From a virus: a stretch of 64,000 bases of DNA. The stretch is taken from positions 94,107 through 158,106 of the IMG/VR virus record IMGVR_UViG_3300031251_000003. One strand, given 5' to 3'. Of the stretch, positions 11,008 through 20,222 are shown piece by piece (position 1 is the first letter of the stretch; every line of letters starts with the position of its first letter). The notes beneath the pieces were generated by a model. It ran no database searches, was not told the DNA's origin, and worked only from the letters and a program-made list of their open reading frames with translations. Position numbers and translations under genes: made by a program.

Positions 11008-11289
11008 CTAAGTGTGTGCGACCTTGGAGTCGGGATCTTTCTTCTTCCCAATAGGAGATTGTGCAACAGTCTCCTTGATCTCACGACCCTCAGCCAAAAA
11101 CTCAGCCCACTTACGAGACTCCTTGTAATCCTCGGTGATCAAGTTCGACTTGACCATCTTCTGTTCTACGTCATGCTTATGCTTCATGGTACAGTTATCT
11201 GCACAAGCGATCCAACCCTCATCGGGGTAGAAGATCTCATACTTACCGTCAAGTCTCTTGTGGAGAATGAGATAGTCGATCTTAGTCAT
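11008..11289 (-). CDS. Hypothetical protein
   Basis: 93-aa ORF preceded by a -10-like box. Confidence 0.5.
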   Translation of the reverse strand: MTKIDYLILHKRLDGKYEIFYPDEGWIACADNCTMKHKHDVEQKMVKSNLITEDYKESRKWAEFLAEGREIKETVAQSPIGKKKDPDSKVAHT

Positions 11290-11525
11290 GGATATAGTTT
11301 AGCATATCGGTCAAGTTTGTGCCGAAAGTCACCAGCCACTAAGTCCCTATCATCAACGTATTGTTAGAGGAAGGATTTAAAGGTAAGGACTTTCAACTAC
11401 TAACCTATATAAGTAATACATATATAAGTACTATGGGTTGGCAAGTGCCGATTGGTACAAACATTCGGACAGTTATTTCTCACAATGTACGACAGTGAAT
11501 AGATGAAGAAACTTTTAGGAGGAAT

Positions 11526-11966
11526 ATGCAACACTTACTATCAGAGGCCGGTCGTAGCTTTTTGAGAGCTTTCGGTGCCTCACTTATTGTTTTGATCCCT
11601 GGTATTTTGGCCGCGCCGAATATGAGTACGACGCTAGCTTTGAGCGTTGCTGGTCTGGTCGCAGCTTTAGCAGCAGGACTAAAGGCTGTCCAGGTCTTTG
11701 TACCACAGATTTCGTTCAAGTCTATTATGAAGGGAAAGATTGCACCGTACTACACTTGGGCCGACTCGTTTGTTCGAGCAGCAGTATCAGCTTTCATCGT
11801 CGGTATCTTGGGTTGGTTGGCAATGCCGACTCTAGACTTTAGCAAGTCAGTAATCTTCGGTTTACTCGTTGGTGCATTTGCAGCAGGGTTCAGAGCGCTT
11901 CAGGGTACCGGTACTGTAGGAGATGTCCCTCAGCCGGAAAAGGGGTTAGTTACTAAAAGCGGCTAA
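11526..11966 (+). CDS. Holin-like membrane protein with internal duplication
   Basis: AGGAGG RBS; about 4 TM segments; RSFLRAF and DSFVRAA repeat halves. Confidence 0.6.
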   Translation: MQHLLSEAGRSFLRAFGASLIVLIPGILAAPNMSTTLALSVAGLVAALAAGLKAVQVFVPQISFKSIMKGKIAPYYTWADSFVRAAVSAFIVGILGWLAMPTLDFSKSVIFGLLVGAFAAGFRALQGTGTVGDVPQPEKGLVTKSG

Positions 11967-12125
11967 GTGTGCTACACTGCAAAGATCGGTTCAGGGAACC
12001 GGTATGTGTGGCTGGGAGTAGCAAGCTTTCCTCCTTTCCCTTGCTACTCCCAAATTTTTCTGGTATAATCCTTGTGTGGTTGACCCTTATTTTTGGTTCG
12101 TTTGAACAACTAACTTATAGAAGCC

Positions 12126-12154
12126 TTGACACAGGCGAAGAATTTTGGTATACT
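12126..12154 (+). promoter_or_regulatory. Sigma70 promoter opening the RNA island
   Basis: TTGACA-N17-TATACT. Confidence 0.85.
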
Positions 12155-12169
12155 GTAGTAGATGAGTGA

Positions 12170-12241
12170 GTCCCTATAGCTGAGTGGATTTAGCGGCGGT
12201 CTTCTAAACCGCATACGAGGGTTCGAATCCTTCTAGGGATA
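12170..12241 (+). tRNA. tRNA-Arg(TCT)
   Basis: Cloverleaf; gcggt-CT-TCT-AA-accgc. Confidence 0.9.
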
Positions 12242-12287
12242 TAGAATAAGGTGGTTCGACTCCATGAAAGTCCGGCGAAAATTCTTC

Positions 12288-12316
12288 TTGACAGCAAGAT
12301 CGTCAAGTGGTATCAT
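12288..12316 (+). promoter_or_regulatory. Sigma70 promoter
   Basis: TTGACA-N17-TATCAT. Confidence 0.75.
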
Positions 12317-12597
12317 GTAGTTAGCAAGAAAGGGTTCCTCCGGTCGAAAGACTATGAGCCTTGTAGGTGTCGGGTGACCAGCCTGCTTGGTGATTGGATG
12401 CAAAACCGGGAAGTGTCGATCCAGACTCTAATATCCTCCGCGAGAGGGTGGCGAGGAAGGGGAGCTTCGTAGGGGAGTAGAGAGAATCCTTCCGTATTTT
12501 GGAGAATAGACTGTATTGACGTGGGCGCACGGAACGACGACCATTCGTGGTATGCTAACCCTAGCCCCGTCAATAGAGTCTAGGCTCTATTTTATGC

Positions 12598-12663
12598 TGT
12601 CCATCGTCTAATAGGAAGGACTCCGGCCTCTGCCGGGAACGGGAGTTCGATTCTCTCTGGGCC
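12598..12663 (+). ncRNA. tRNA-like element with 4-nt anticodon loop
   Basis: D arm, ccggc-ctct-gccgg, T arm gggag-ttcgatt-ctctc. Confidence 0.6.
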
Positions 12664-12672
12664 TAAGCAGAA

Positions 12673-12757
12673 CTAAGATTGAGGATCCCGGAAACGTCTT
12701 TTAAAACTGCTCCATCGCTAACATCGTTGGGGTGAGCGAAAGCTGGGGGAGTCTTAG
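12673..12757 (+). ncRNA. GAAACGUCU/AGCGAAAGC RNA module, copy 1
   Basis: Conserved boxes flanked by cccg/tggg and ctaagat/gtcttag stems. Confidence 0.7.
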
Positions 12758-12772
12758 TGATGAGCATAACTT

Positions 12773-12844
12773 GGGGGATCAGTGCTAATGGGGAAACGTT
12801 GCGCTTGCACCGCAAAGAAAAGAGTTCGACTCTCTTATCCTCCA
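12773..12844 (+). tRNA. tRNA-Ala(TGC)
   Basis: G3:U70; ttgcg-CT-TGC-AC-cgcaa. Confidence 0.9.
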
Positions 12845-12942
12845 CTGCAAGGAAGAAGAGTAGGTTGAGGGACGACGAATCCCAAAATTACCCGAATCGA
12901 TGAATCCTTTGAGGGTGTACGGGTCGTGCCGTTACCCAATAC

Positions 12943-13014
12943 GGGCGGTTAGTGCTAGTGGGAACACGCCGGTTTTGCATACCGGAGTCAGGAGTTCGAC
13001 TCTCCTACTGTCCA
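12943..13014 (+). tRNA. tRNA-Ala(TGC)
   Basis: G3:U70; ccggt-TT-TGC-AT-accgg. Confidence 0.9.
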
Positions 13015-13180
13015 TATGAAAGCTGATGCGGGATATAAGATGGTGGTAAGAAGGGGTACCGCACCAAATGAGTAGCCACCTTAAGCTTTCAGAATTGCCG
13101 ATGCCATTAGATCAGGTGGCTTAAGCAACAGCGGAACCTGCTAAAGTGGTTCGCGGGCAACCGGCGACAGGTTGCAACAT

Positions 13181-13252
13181 GGGCGAGTAGTTCAGCGGGA
13201 GAATAGCTGCTTTACACGCAGAAGATCGTAGGTTCGATCCCTACCTTGCCCA
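13181..13252 (+). tRNA. tRNA-Val(TAC)
   Basis: Cloverleaf; ctgc-TT-TAC-AC-gcag. Confidence 0.9.
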
Positions 13253-13435
13253 CTACATATTAGATTTGAATTAGCTGGCGAACCCCTTGACCGGGGTTGT
13301 GATGGGTTCGATTCCCAGGTGAGCGTGGTTGCCATGCGAGAGCCGTCAGTGAAGTTGAGTCATTCGGGATAGATCTCACGGTTACACTATTATTCTTAAA
13401 TAATGGTAGTGTGTTGGTTCGAGTCCAACGGTCTA

Positions 13436-13520
13436 GCCCCTATGTACCGCTGGAAGCCGGAAACGTCTCCGATGATACTTTAATCTAGGATATAGCGAAA
13501 GCTGGCTGAGGTATTAGGGC
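13436..13520 (+). ncRNA. GAAACGUCU/AGCGAAAGC RNA module, copy 2 (inside a ~550-nt structured non-coding region)
   Basis: Conserved boxes flanked by gccg/tggc. Confidence 0.7.
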
Positions 13521-13813
13521 GTCTTTGAATGACTTTATCTTAGACCGGAAGCGAATATGTACGGAGTCAAGCGTGACATATGGCTAACTCTAGTTGTCTC
13601 TAGAACTTGACAGAAGGAGACAACGTGGTCTTATACGGCGGTCGAGTCCCATTAAGTTGGGATTCCCGCCACCAATTTGAAACACCCGCTCCGGGGTAGG
13701 AGGCGTGAACTAGCGTAACTAGTTCGGAGGCTACTTGATCCTAATCGTAGCAGGGTTCGCCCTAAACAGCGTAATCAAGCGTGGTTAGCTCTAACGGGTT
13801 AATCACGCTCCAT

Positions 13814-13896
13814 ACCCCGCTGGTGAAATTAGGTAAACACGCAGGTCTTAGAAATCTGTGCCGCGAGGCTTACGAGTTCGATTCTCGTGTGGGGTA
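13814..13896 (+). tRNA. tRNA-Leu(TAG)
   Basis: Long variable arm; caggt-CT-TAG-AA-atctg. Confidence 0.9.
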
Positions 13897-14113
13897 CTTG
13901 GGGTGAGGTAGTCGTTGTCCGGGATAGCTTCCTAAGGAATAGGCTAGCGCTGGCTGATTTGCGTAAATCTGCACACCCTAAAACTTGAGTAAGGGCGAAG
14001 TCTGCTACATGCAGCAGATAGGTTAGCTTGTGCCGTGGTGTAAGGAGCCTGGGGTCATAGAATCCCGACAGACCCTCTGTATTTCTTCCATTACCGTGAT
14101 GGTAATGTGTAGG

Positions 14114-14350
14114 ATGTCTGGATACGAAAGAGAACAACAAAAAGAAACTCAGTACACCGATACGGCGGATTTCCCCCGTTACTCTGACTATGCTGGTTTT
14201 AGTTCTTATTCTTATCCTACCTATCCTGCTCAGAGTCGAACGTACGTCGTTCAAACTAGTAATTGGGATCAGACACAAGACTACACCGCTTCTGGTCTAG
14301 CTGCTACTCAAGCAACCTGGACAAGAACTGAACTGCATAACACTAATTAG
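14114..14350 (+). CDS. Small Tyr/Thr-rich protein
   Basis: ORF from ATG 14114, just upstream of the next gene. Confidence 0.45.
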   Translation: MSGYEREQQKETQYTDTADFPRYSDYAGFSSYSYPTYPAQSRTYVVQTSNWDQTQDYTASGLAATQATWTRTELHNTN

Positions 14351-14358
14351 AGGTTAAC

Positions 14359-14970
14359 ATGGCTAAGAGAAAGTTTGACGATAAGGCTACGTGGCGCACC
14401 GATACTTGGGGTATCGATATGACCCAGCCTGCTCGTGCCGAGCGCGTATTTGACCCTAACGATACCGTTACCGATGATCCCACTAAGGGTGGAATCGCTG
14501 GTTCTGGTGATAATACCAAGGTCACTCATGCTGCTGGTGTTATGTACACAGGATTGAATGATAATCCGGCTGTCGCTGTAGCTCGTGCATACGACGATTT
14601 CCAGAATCTTACTCCTGCTGTAACTGCGACTTTGACAACATCTTTAACGGGCGCGAACAATGACGTGACTTTCAGTGCTCTTCGTTCCGGTGCATCAGGA
14701 AACGCAATATCTGTAACCTATGTCGATCCAGGTGGTGCTACTGCTACTCTTGGGGTAACAGTCTCCGGTACCGATATCACGGTCAACCTAGGTCGAGCAG
14801 CATCAGCTATTAACACCACAGGTACGTTGCTCATCGCAGCAGTACAGGCAGTTCCCGCAGCAGCGGCATTGGTCAATGTGGCCAACGCAGCAGGTAATGA
14901 TGGAACTGGTCTAGTAACTGCTTTGACTAAGACGAACCTTGCTGGTGGTTTGGAAGCTTTCTACTCTTAA
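14359..14970 (+). CDS. Ala/Thr/Gly-rich putative virion protein
   Basis: GAGG RBS; 203 aa with a structural-protein-like composition. Confidence 0.55.
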   Translation: MAKRKFDDKATWRTDTWGIDMTQPARAERVFDPNDTVTDDPTKGGIAGSGDNTKVTHAAGVMYTGLNDNPAVAVARAYDDFQNLTPAVTATLTTSLTGANNDVTFSALRSGASGNAISVTYVDPGGATATLGVTVSGTDITVNLGRAASAINTTGTLLIAAVQAVPAAAALVNVANAAGNDGTGLVTALTKTNLAGGLEAFYS

Positions 14971-14973
14971 CGC

Positions 14974-15002
14974 TTGACAGCCAGTACCCTGTGTGATATA
15001 AT
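14974..15002 (+). promoter_or_regulatory. Sigma70 promoter
   Basis: TTGACA-N17-TATAAT. Confidence 0.85.
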
Positions 15003-15036
15003 ACACAGGTAAGGGAAAACGACAGAAAGGATTCCC

Positions 15037-15393
15037 ATGGCACTTTCAGCAGCAGAGCGCGAGACAGTGATTGTCATCTCGGATGCAGACGACTTCTGGA
15101 CTATCCATACTTGTCAGCGCCGGATGGTGACCCAGCTTCTCAAGAACCCGGTCGCCAAGATCCTTGAGAACACCCTCTTCGAGGGTACTCGGTTCCTCGT
15201 TGCTGAGGTTCCTGCGAATGGTATCACTGTTCGCAAGTCGAACGGTCGCAAGGCCAAGTCTTCGCAGCCGCGTAAGGCGACTCTCCGGACAATGCCGGGT
15301 GAGAAGTGCGGCGGCACCAAGTCTGATGGAAGTAAGTGCGGTGCAATCGCAGTGAGTGGTACGGGGTTCTGCCGCCATCATCAGAGCAAGTGA
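15037..15393 (+). CDS. Hypothetical protein with C-terminal C..C..CxxH zinc finger
   Basis: ERETVI N-terminus; KCGGTKSDGSKC...FCRHH. Confidence 0.7.
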   Translation: MALSAAERETVIVISDADDFWTIHTCQRRMVTQLLKNPVAKILENTLFEGTRFLVAEVPANGITVRKSNGRKAKSSQPRKATLRTMPGEKCGGTKSDGSKCGAIAVSGTGFCRHHQSK

Positions 15394-15539
15394 AGTGCAG
15401 TTGAAGTGAAGTAGTAGTTGAAATTGTAGTTAGTCTTCTTGGGAGGGTCAGGAGTCGGTTGTGTCCTTCGATCTAAGGAGGTATACAAATTACGACTAAG
15501 GTAGTAAGAGGGACTCCTGACCCTCACAGGGGACTTTAC

Positions 15540-15613
15540 GGGTGTGTAGCTAAGCGGTTCAAGGCAGGGGACTCTTAATCCCAAGATCACAGGTTCGAAT
15601 CCTGTCACACTCA
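15540..15613 (+). tRNA. tRNA-Lys(CTT)
   Basis: Cloverleaf; CT-CTT-AA loop. Confidence 0.9.
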
Positions 15614-15955
15614 TCTAAGCACGGTGGATAGGAACTATCCGCAGGAGCGATACGAGGATACAAGACCGATCAGGGGCCACTGTGAGGTCTTCTCTACCTC
15701 TGGCAGGGTCGCGGTGGGTACTAACTCATCTAGTGTATATGCCGGTCTTAGCCCGAATGCAGATGTTTCAGCGTATACATCTAGTAGGGCTTTACTTTGT
15801 AACACCCCTCTCAAGTACACGGAGGAAGGATACGAACGGTACGCAGCCAAAAGGGTCTGCCATATTGAGAACCGAGTAACAATGCTCAATACTTACCTGA
15901 TTTAATCAGGTATTTTACCGTCATCCGTCTGGTCGTACCGGGATGACGTTAGAAA

Positions 15956-16041
15956 CTCCAAGTGGTGGAATTAGGTATACACGTCAGGTTGAGAGCCTGA
16001 TGGCCATCGCGGTCTTGCAGGTTCAAATCCTGTCTTGGAGA
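15956..16041 (+). tRNA. tRNA-Leu(GAG)
   Basis: tcagg-TT-GAG-AG-cctga; long variable arm. Confidence 0.9.
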
Positions 16042-16063
16042 TCTCTTACAGGAGGTAAGAAAT

Positions 16064-16192
16064 ATGAATCCAATCTTTTGGCTTCTCTTGATTCTCTTGA
16101 TTGTCATCCTTTTGGGTGGAGCAGTATTCAGCCATCTAATCTGGGTATTGATCATTGTAGTTGTCATCCTTTTCTTCCTCTTCGGAAGGTAA
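16064..16192 (+). CDS. 42-aa hydrophobic membrane peptide (below the ORF-track cutoff)
   Basis: AGGAGG RBS; MNPIFWLLLILLIVILLGGAVFSHLIWVLIIVVVILFFLFGR. Confidence 0.7.
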   Translation: MNPIFWLLLILLIVILLGGAVFSHLIWVLIIVVVILFFLFGR

Positions 16193-16240
16193 GTCATGGC
16201 CGTTCCCTATTCTTATGCGGTCTGGGGTAACGGCCACCAT

Positions 16241-16313
16241 GGTTCTCTAGCTCCAACGGTAGAGCGGCTGTTTGAAGCACAGCGCGTTGGCGGTTCGAAT
16301 CCGTCGGGAACCA
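16241..16313 (+). tRNA. tRNA-Phe(GAA)
   Basis: gctgt-TT-GAA-GC-acagc. Confidence 0.9.
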
Positions 16314-16485
16314 CTGTAGTCGAAGATCCAAGAGCCTCGCTCCACTAAAGTTGGCTGTCTTATAATACAGCACCGGAAGAGAAACTCAAGGGGAGACGAA
16401 ATTACGGAGACAAATAGATTAAGCTCCGTAAGATTTATGTTCTATCCTGATGCGTGAATGTTGATCACTAACAAAAGGAGAGAAC

Positions 16486-16686
16486 ATGAAGACAGCAGTA
16501 GGTACTGAAGATCTAACAGGCGCAGTAGTGGTTGATGTTGGCTACAATGATGTGACTCTTGAGAAGGATGGAGTCAGGTTTACTCTTGAACTTGAGTATG
16601 AAGCCGACTACAACAGTTTCTGCGAAGGTAGTTGCTCTTGTTGTGGTAGTTCTGGCTCATCGTACTTCCGGGCCTATAAGGAATAA
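16486..16686 (+). CDS. Small Cys-rich hypothetical protein
   Basis: AAGGAG RBS; CEGSCSCC. Confidence 0.6.
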   Translation: MKTAVGTEDLTGAVVVDVGYNDVTLEKDGVRFTLELEYEADYNSFCEGSCSCCGSSGSSYFRAYKE

Positions 16687-16736
16687 AGAATCGTCTGTCA
16701 CGCCGGATCCTGACGTAAAACTTAGTCCGGCCACAT

Positions 16737-16809
16737 GGCTCTATAGACTAGTTGGTTAGGTCGCTACCCTCTCAAGGTAGAAGTCGGAGTTCGAGTCTCC
16801 GTAGAGCTA
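16737..16809 (+). tRNA. tRNA-Glu(CTC)
   Basis: ctacc-CT-CTC-AA-ggtag. Confidence 0.9.
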
Positions 16810-16812
16810 CTA

Positions 16813-16892
16813 TGATCACGCAGCCACAGGGCAGGGCGCGGCGACCCGACACTTTCTCGGGGAACATGGAGGTTCGAATCCTCTCGGGATCA
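16813..16892 (+). ncRNA. Aberrant tRNA-like element
   Basis: Acceptor-like ends and intact T arm; cccga-cactttc-tcggg loop lacks U33; abnormal D region. Confidence 0.55.
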
Positions 16893-17124
16893 CTGTGGGA
16901 TAGAAAGGGCAACAAAGCGATATAACTTGACGCATCAGGGAGAGTTAGTCCCCTACTATCCCCCTATACTTTAAGAACGTGTGTGTGACGCTGTGACGCA
17001 GCAGAGGCACACTTTCGGGCGGGGGCGTCACCCCACGGTACCGGCGCGGTTTGGGACAACCGTTGTAAGACGACCGGAGGCGGCTTAGCGGCTGCTGAGA
17101 GGGTTCTCAAATGTTCTTATACTA

Positions 17125-17195
17125 TGGCGTATCGTTCAACGGCAGGACGGGTGGCTGTTAACCATCTAATTCAGGTTCGAATCCTGGTATGCCAG
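17125..17195 (+). tRNA. tRNA-Asn(GTT)
   Basis: ggtgg-CT-GTT-AA-ccatc. Confidence 0.9.
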
Positions 17196-17266
17196 CTTTA
17201 AATTCGTAGGGCACTACTCGCTGGTCGGACTAGTTTGCTGGCGAGCAACCCTACGGCGCGTTTCAT

Positions 17267-17337
17267 TCCCCGGTCGTCTAACGGTAGGGCAGATGGCTGT
17301 TAACCATCGTATGAGGGTTCGATTCCTTCCTGGGGAG
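17267..17337 (+). tRNA. tRNA-Asn(GTT)
   Basis: gatgg-CT-GTT-AA-ccatc. Confidence 0.9.
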
Positions 17338-17501
17338 CTTCGCAGTACATTGTTCGTCGTCCGGGAGCATCGCGAGGCATAACGGGTAGCTCAGGGTTAA
17401 ATTCCCTGATAGGGCGGCTAGCCCTAGACTGAACGTATTGATCCTTACTTGTTAAAGCGGGTTTGGGGAATGTGGCAATGTATTGCGCCGGTTTTAATCG
17501 T

Positions 17502-17542
17502 CGCGGATTAGAGAAAAGGTCATCTCGTGAGTCTCATAAACT
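17502..17542 (+). pseudogene. Orphan 5' half of tRNA-Met(CAT)
   Basis: cgcggat acceptor strand, D arm and gagtctcataaact; no T arm follows. Confidence 0.7.
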
Positions 17543-17573
17543 TTTCATGAGTTTACGAACACTAATAGTAGAG

Positions 17574-17942
17574 ATGCCATACAAAGATCCCGAAAAACAG
17601 AAAGAAGCACAGGCTAGATTAAGTGCTGCTTATTATCAAAAGAATAAGAAAAAGATGAAAGTTCGTGCAAAGCAGTATACATACGAACATCGAGAACGTC
17701 TTAAGCAGTTTTTGATAGAGATAAAGTCTGCTCCATGTATGGACTGTGGAAATTCGTTTCCATCATGTGTAATGGACTTTGATCACCGTGAGGGTGAAGA
17801 GAAAAACGGTTGTGTGTCTGTAATGGTGAACCGCGCACTAAGCTTAGATAGAATTAAACAAGAAGTATCTAAGTGCGACCTAGTATGTGCGAACTGTCAT
17901 CGGATTCGAACCTCCACGCGGAAACAAGCCCTGGTGGGCTAG
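17574..17942 (+). CDS. HNH homing endonuclease
   Basis: CMDC...DFDHR...KCDLVCANCHRIR. Confidence 0.85.
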   Translation: MPYKDPEKQKEAQARLSAAYYQKNKKKMKVRAKQYTYEHRERLKQFLIEIKSAPCMDCGNSFPSCVMDFDHREGEEKNGCVSVMVNRALSLDRIKQEVSKCDLVCANCHRIRTSTRKQALVG

Positions 17943-17990
17943 GGAGTCTCATAAACTCTCTCATGGTCAGTTCGATTCTGACTTCCGCTA
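17917..17990 (+). tRNA. tRNA-Met(CAT), with an initiator-like 1:72 mismatch
   Basis: ggagt-CT-CAT-AA-actct; 5' half overlaps the 3' end of the HNH gene. Confidence 0.8.
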
Positions 17991-18149
17991 TTTCAAAATG
18001 CAACTAGGCCGACATAGTTGCGCCATATGGTGAAATGATCGGCATACAATTCTGTCTAACCTAGATAGGAGCGCAAATAATCATGAAGTAAGTTATAACC
18101 TTTGCTCGTATTTGAAGGTTAAATGATTATTCCGCATATACGTGAGACG

Positions 18150-18245
18150 AATGCCGCAGAAGCCGGAAACGTCTAGCAGGGTCAAGTCCGCGATAATCAG
18201 CTTGATGCATTCCCTGTGAATACAGCGAAAGCCGCCGCCGAGGTT
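18150..18245 (+). ncRNA. GAAACGUCU/AGCGAAAGC RNA module, copy 3
   Basis: gaagccggaaacgtct...agcgaaagc. Confidence 0.65.
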
Positions 18246-18388
18246 GAGTCTGGATTACAGTGTATGTGATTATATGATATGATTTTAAGTTTGATTCATC
18301 TTGACTGTGGAGCCGAAAGCTGAGAAGCAGATCAAGAAACTAATGTAGATACATCGAGGGGTCGCGCATCTCTAACACGCGAATATTT

Positions 18389-18478
18389 GGATAGGTACTC
18401 AAGAGGCTTAAGAGGATGGTTTGCTAAACCATTAGAGGATGTCAAAGTCCTGCCAGAGTTCGAATCTCTGTCTATCCG
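18389..18478 (+). tRNA. tRNA-Ser(GCT)
   Basis: Long variable arm; TT-GCT-AA loop. Confidence 0.9.
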
Positions 18479-18549
18479 TGTAAGACGATCCGAAGACGAT
18501 GGGAACGTACGCGCATATCATGCGTGGTGACAGTCTATTCGAGGATCAG

Positions 18550-18622
18550 TGAATTGTAGCTCAACGGTTAGAGCGTTCCCTTCATATGGGAAAGGTAGTC
18601 GGTTCGACTCCGATCAATTCCA
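18550..18622 (+). tRNA. tRNA with CAT anticodon (Met)
   Basis: ttccc-TT-CAT-AT-gggaa. Confidence 0.8.
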
Positions 18623-18710
18623 TTAAAGAGGATGGTAGCCGATAGGTTGGCGTGGGTGTGCTGATTCGGTGAGATGGTTCGTCCTGCCTCATAAGACCAC
18701 GCGAGAATTT

Positions 18711-18797
18711 GGATATATGGCTGAGTGGATTAAAGCGCTAGTCTTGAAAACTAGTATGTGTGAAAGCGCATCCGGGGTTCGAATCCCTGTGTATCCG
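18711..18797 (+). tRNA. tRNA-Ser(TGA)
   Basis: ctagt-CT-TGA-AA-actag; long variable arm. Confidence 0.9.
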
Positions 18798-18977
18798 TAG
18801 GATGGTTTACGACGTGGTAGTGTACGTTTGGCGCTTAAGTGCGTTCTGGCCGAGAATCAAAGGCATCCATCCTTGGGGTTAGAGACTTAGGATTCTGAGG
18901 CGAGCAACCTGAAATGGTAAGGAACGAATAACCGTTGCTGCGGCCTGTCGTTCAAACTGGATCAAGTCTCTTCTTTT

Positions 18978-19064
18978 GGAAACGTGGCCGAGAGGATTAA
19001 GGCGCAGACCTGGAAAGTCTGTTGGTATTTACGTGCTACGCAGGTTCGAATCCTGTCGTTTCCG
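18978..19064 (+). tRNA. tRNA-Ser(GGA)
   Basis: cagac-CT-GGA-AA-gtctg. Confidence 0.9.
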
Positions 19065-19067
19065 CTC

Positions 19068-19205
19068 ATGGGGTGAAAATGGAGAGTCGTCTAGTTCGAT
19101 TCTAGACTTGTGGATGGTTCCACGGCGGTTCAATTCCGCGTTATAAACTTGTGGCAGCAAATAGGGTAGCCCCCGCTCAGAGGGTTCAATTCCCTTACAC
19201 TCCAT
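19068..19205 (+). ncRNA. Structured RNA with three T-loop hairpins
   Basis: Closing helix atggggtg/cactccat; three TTCRATT-loop hairpins. Confidence 0.6.
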
Positions 19206-19250
19206 TTATTTACAATTAGGATTACTAATTACTCTTGTATAATAGATAGA

Positions 19251-19679
19251 ATGATTAATTCTAGAGTTTTAAATGAGAAAATAAAGGCCCAAAAGGAGAT
19301 TACGAATCAACGATTCGCTGATTCAGAAAAAGCTGTTGCAGCAGCTTTAGCTGCTCAAGAAAAGGCAACAGCGGCAGCATTTGCGGCTGCAAAGGAAGCT
19401 GTCATCAAGGCAGAAATTTCCCAACAGCGTGTCAATGAAAGTCAGAATGAATTCCGTGGCCAGCTTAAAGATCAAAATGCCGCTACGGAACGTAATATGA
19501 TGCCTCGTGCTGAAACAGAGTTATTGGTTAGAGAAATTCGAAGTAGTATTCAGGATCTTCAGAAGAGCCGAGATACCATCACAGGCAAGTCAATGGGGAT
19601 AGCTAACTTGACTAGCTCTGTCTATGCGTTTATCTTTGCTATTGCAGCTATTGCAGCTATCGCAGGCCACTTTCTCTAA
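19251..19679 (+). CDS. Coiled-coil protein with C-terminal TM anchor
   Basis: AV.AALAAQEKA...AV.KAE; hydrophobic C-terminus. Confidence 0.7.
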   Translation: MINSRVLNEKIKAQKEITNQRFADSEKAVAAALAAQEKATAAAFAAAKEAVIKAEISQQRVNESQNEFRGQLKDQNAATERNMMPRAETELLVREIRSSIQDLQKSRDTITGKSMGIANLTSSVYAFIFAIAAIAAIAGHFL

Positions 19680-19698
19680 TATGCTATAATGTGATCCC

Positions 19699-19851
19699 AT
19701 GAGGATCATTGGTGAACATTTCACTAGGCAGGGTAAGCCTAAGGTTACTTATGCGACCTTCCAGGGCGCTCAGAAGAAAGCACTGAAGCTTCATATGCGG
19801 GCTTATCAGTGTGGGTTTTGTGGCAAGTATTATCTAACGCATAAAGTTTAG
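19699..19851 (+). CDS. 50-aa phage zinc-finger protein
   Basis: TGnTATAAT 8 nt upstream; RAYQCGFCGKYYLT motif. Confidence 0.7.
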   Translation: MRIIGEHFTRQGKPKVTYATFQGAQKKALKLHMRAYQCGFCGKYYLTHKV

Positions 19852-19933
19852 GAAGATATCCGAACGGTTAGGAAGCGCCCTCGAAAAGCGCCGGTGTTCA
19901 TAGCACTTGGGAGTTCGAATCTCCTGTCTTCCG
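19851..19933 (+). tRNA. tRNA-Ser(CGA)
   Basis: CT-CGA-AA loop; long variable arm. Confidence 0.85.
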
Positions 19934-20148
19934 CTTATCGATAATCCGGGGATAGACCTAGGATTGTGACTGGATTAGGATCGCAACCTGATTACGGCAA
20001 TCTCATGATGGTCAGCTAGGGCCAGCACCTAGAATCGATTTCTAAAAGAACGACTCACGAAAGACTAGTGTAGGAAGGTAAGGGACGCAGGGTTGGGATG
20101 ACGATCTCGACGCGCCTATTTCTGTATCTTTCGTGGGAAGGTTTAACA

Positions 20149-20222
20149 CACGCCTTAGCCAATGGATAGGCAGATCGGCTCCAACCCGATCCAAAGGTGG
20201 GTTCGATTCCTACAAGGCGTGC
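20149..20222 (+). tRNA. tRNA-Trp(CCA)
   Basis: atcgg-CT-CCA-AC-ccgat. Confidence 0.85.

Noticed and set aside
11380-11440. AT-rich TATATAAGTA direct repeat as a replication origin
   Set aside because: Only two short copies in a divergent intergenic region; not enough evidence.
13900-13980. Possible 16S rRNA mimic (cgttgtccgg...gcgtaaa)
   Set aside because: Only two short word matches without the surrounding helices, far weaker than the 23S match at 24624.
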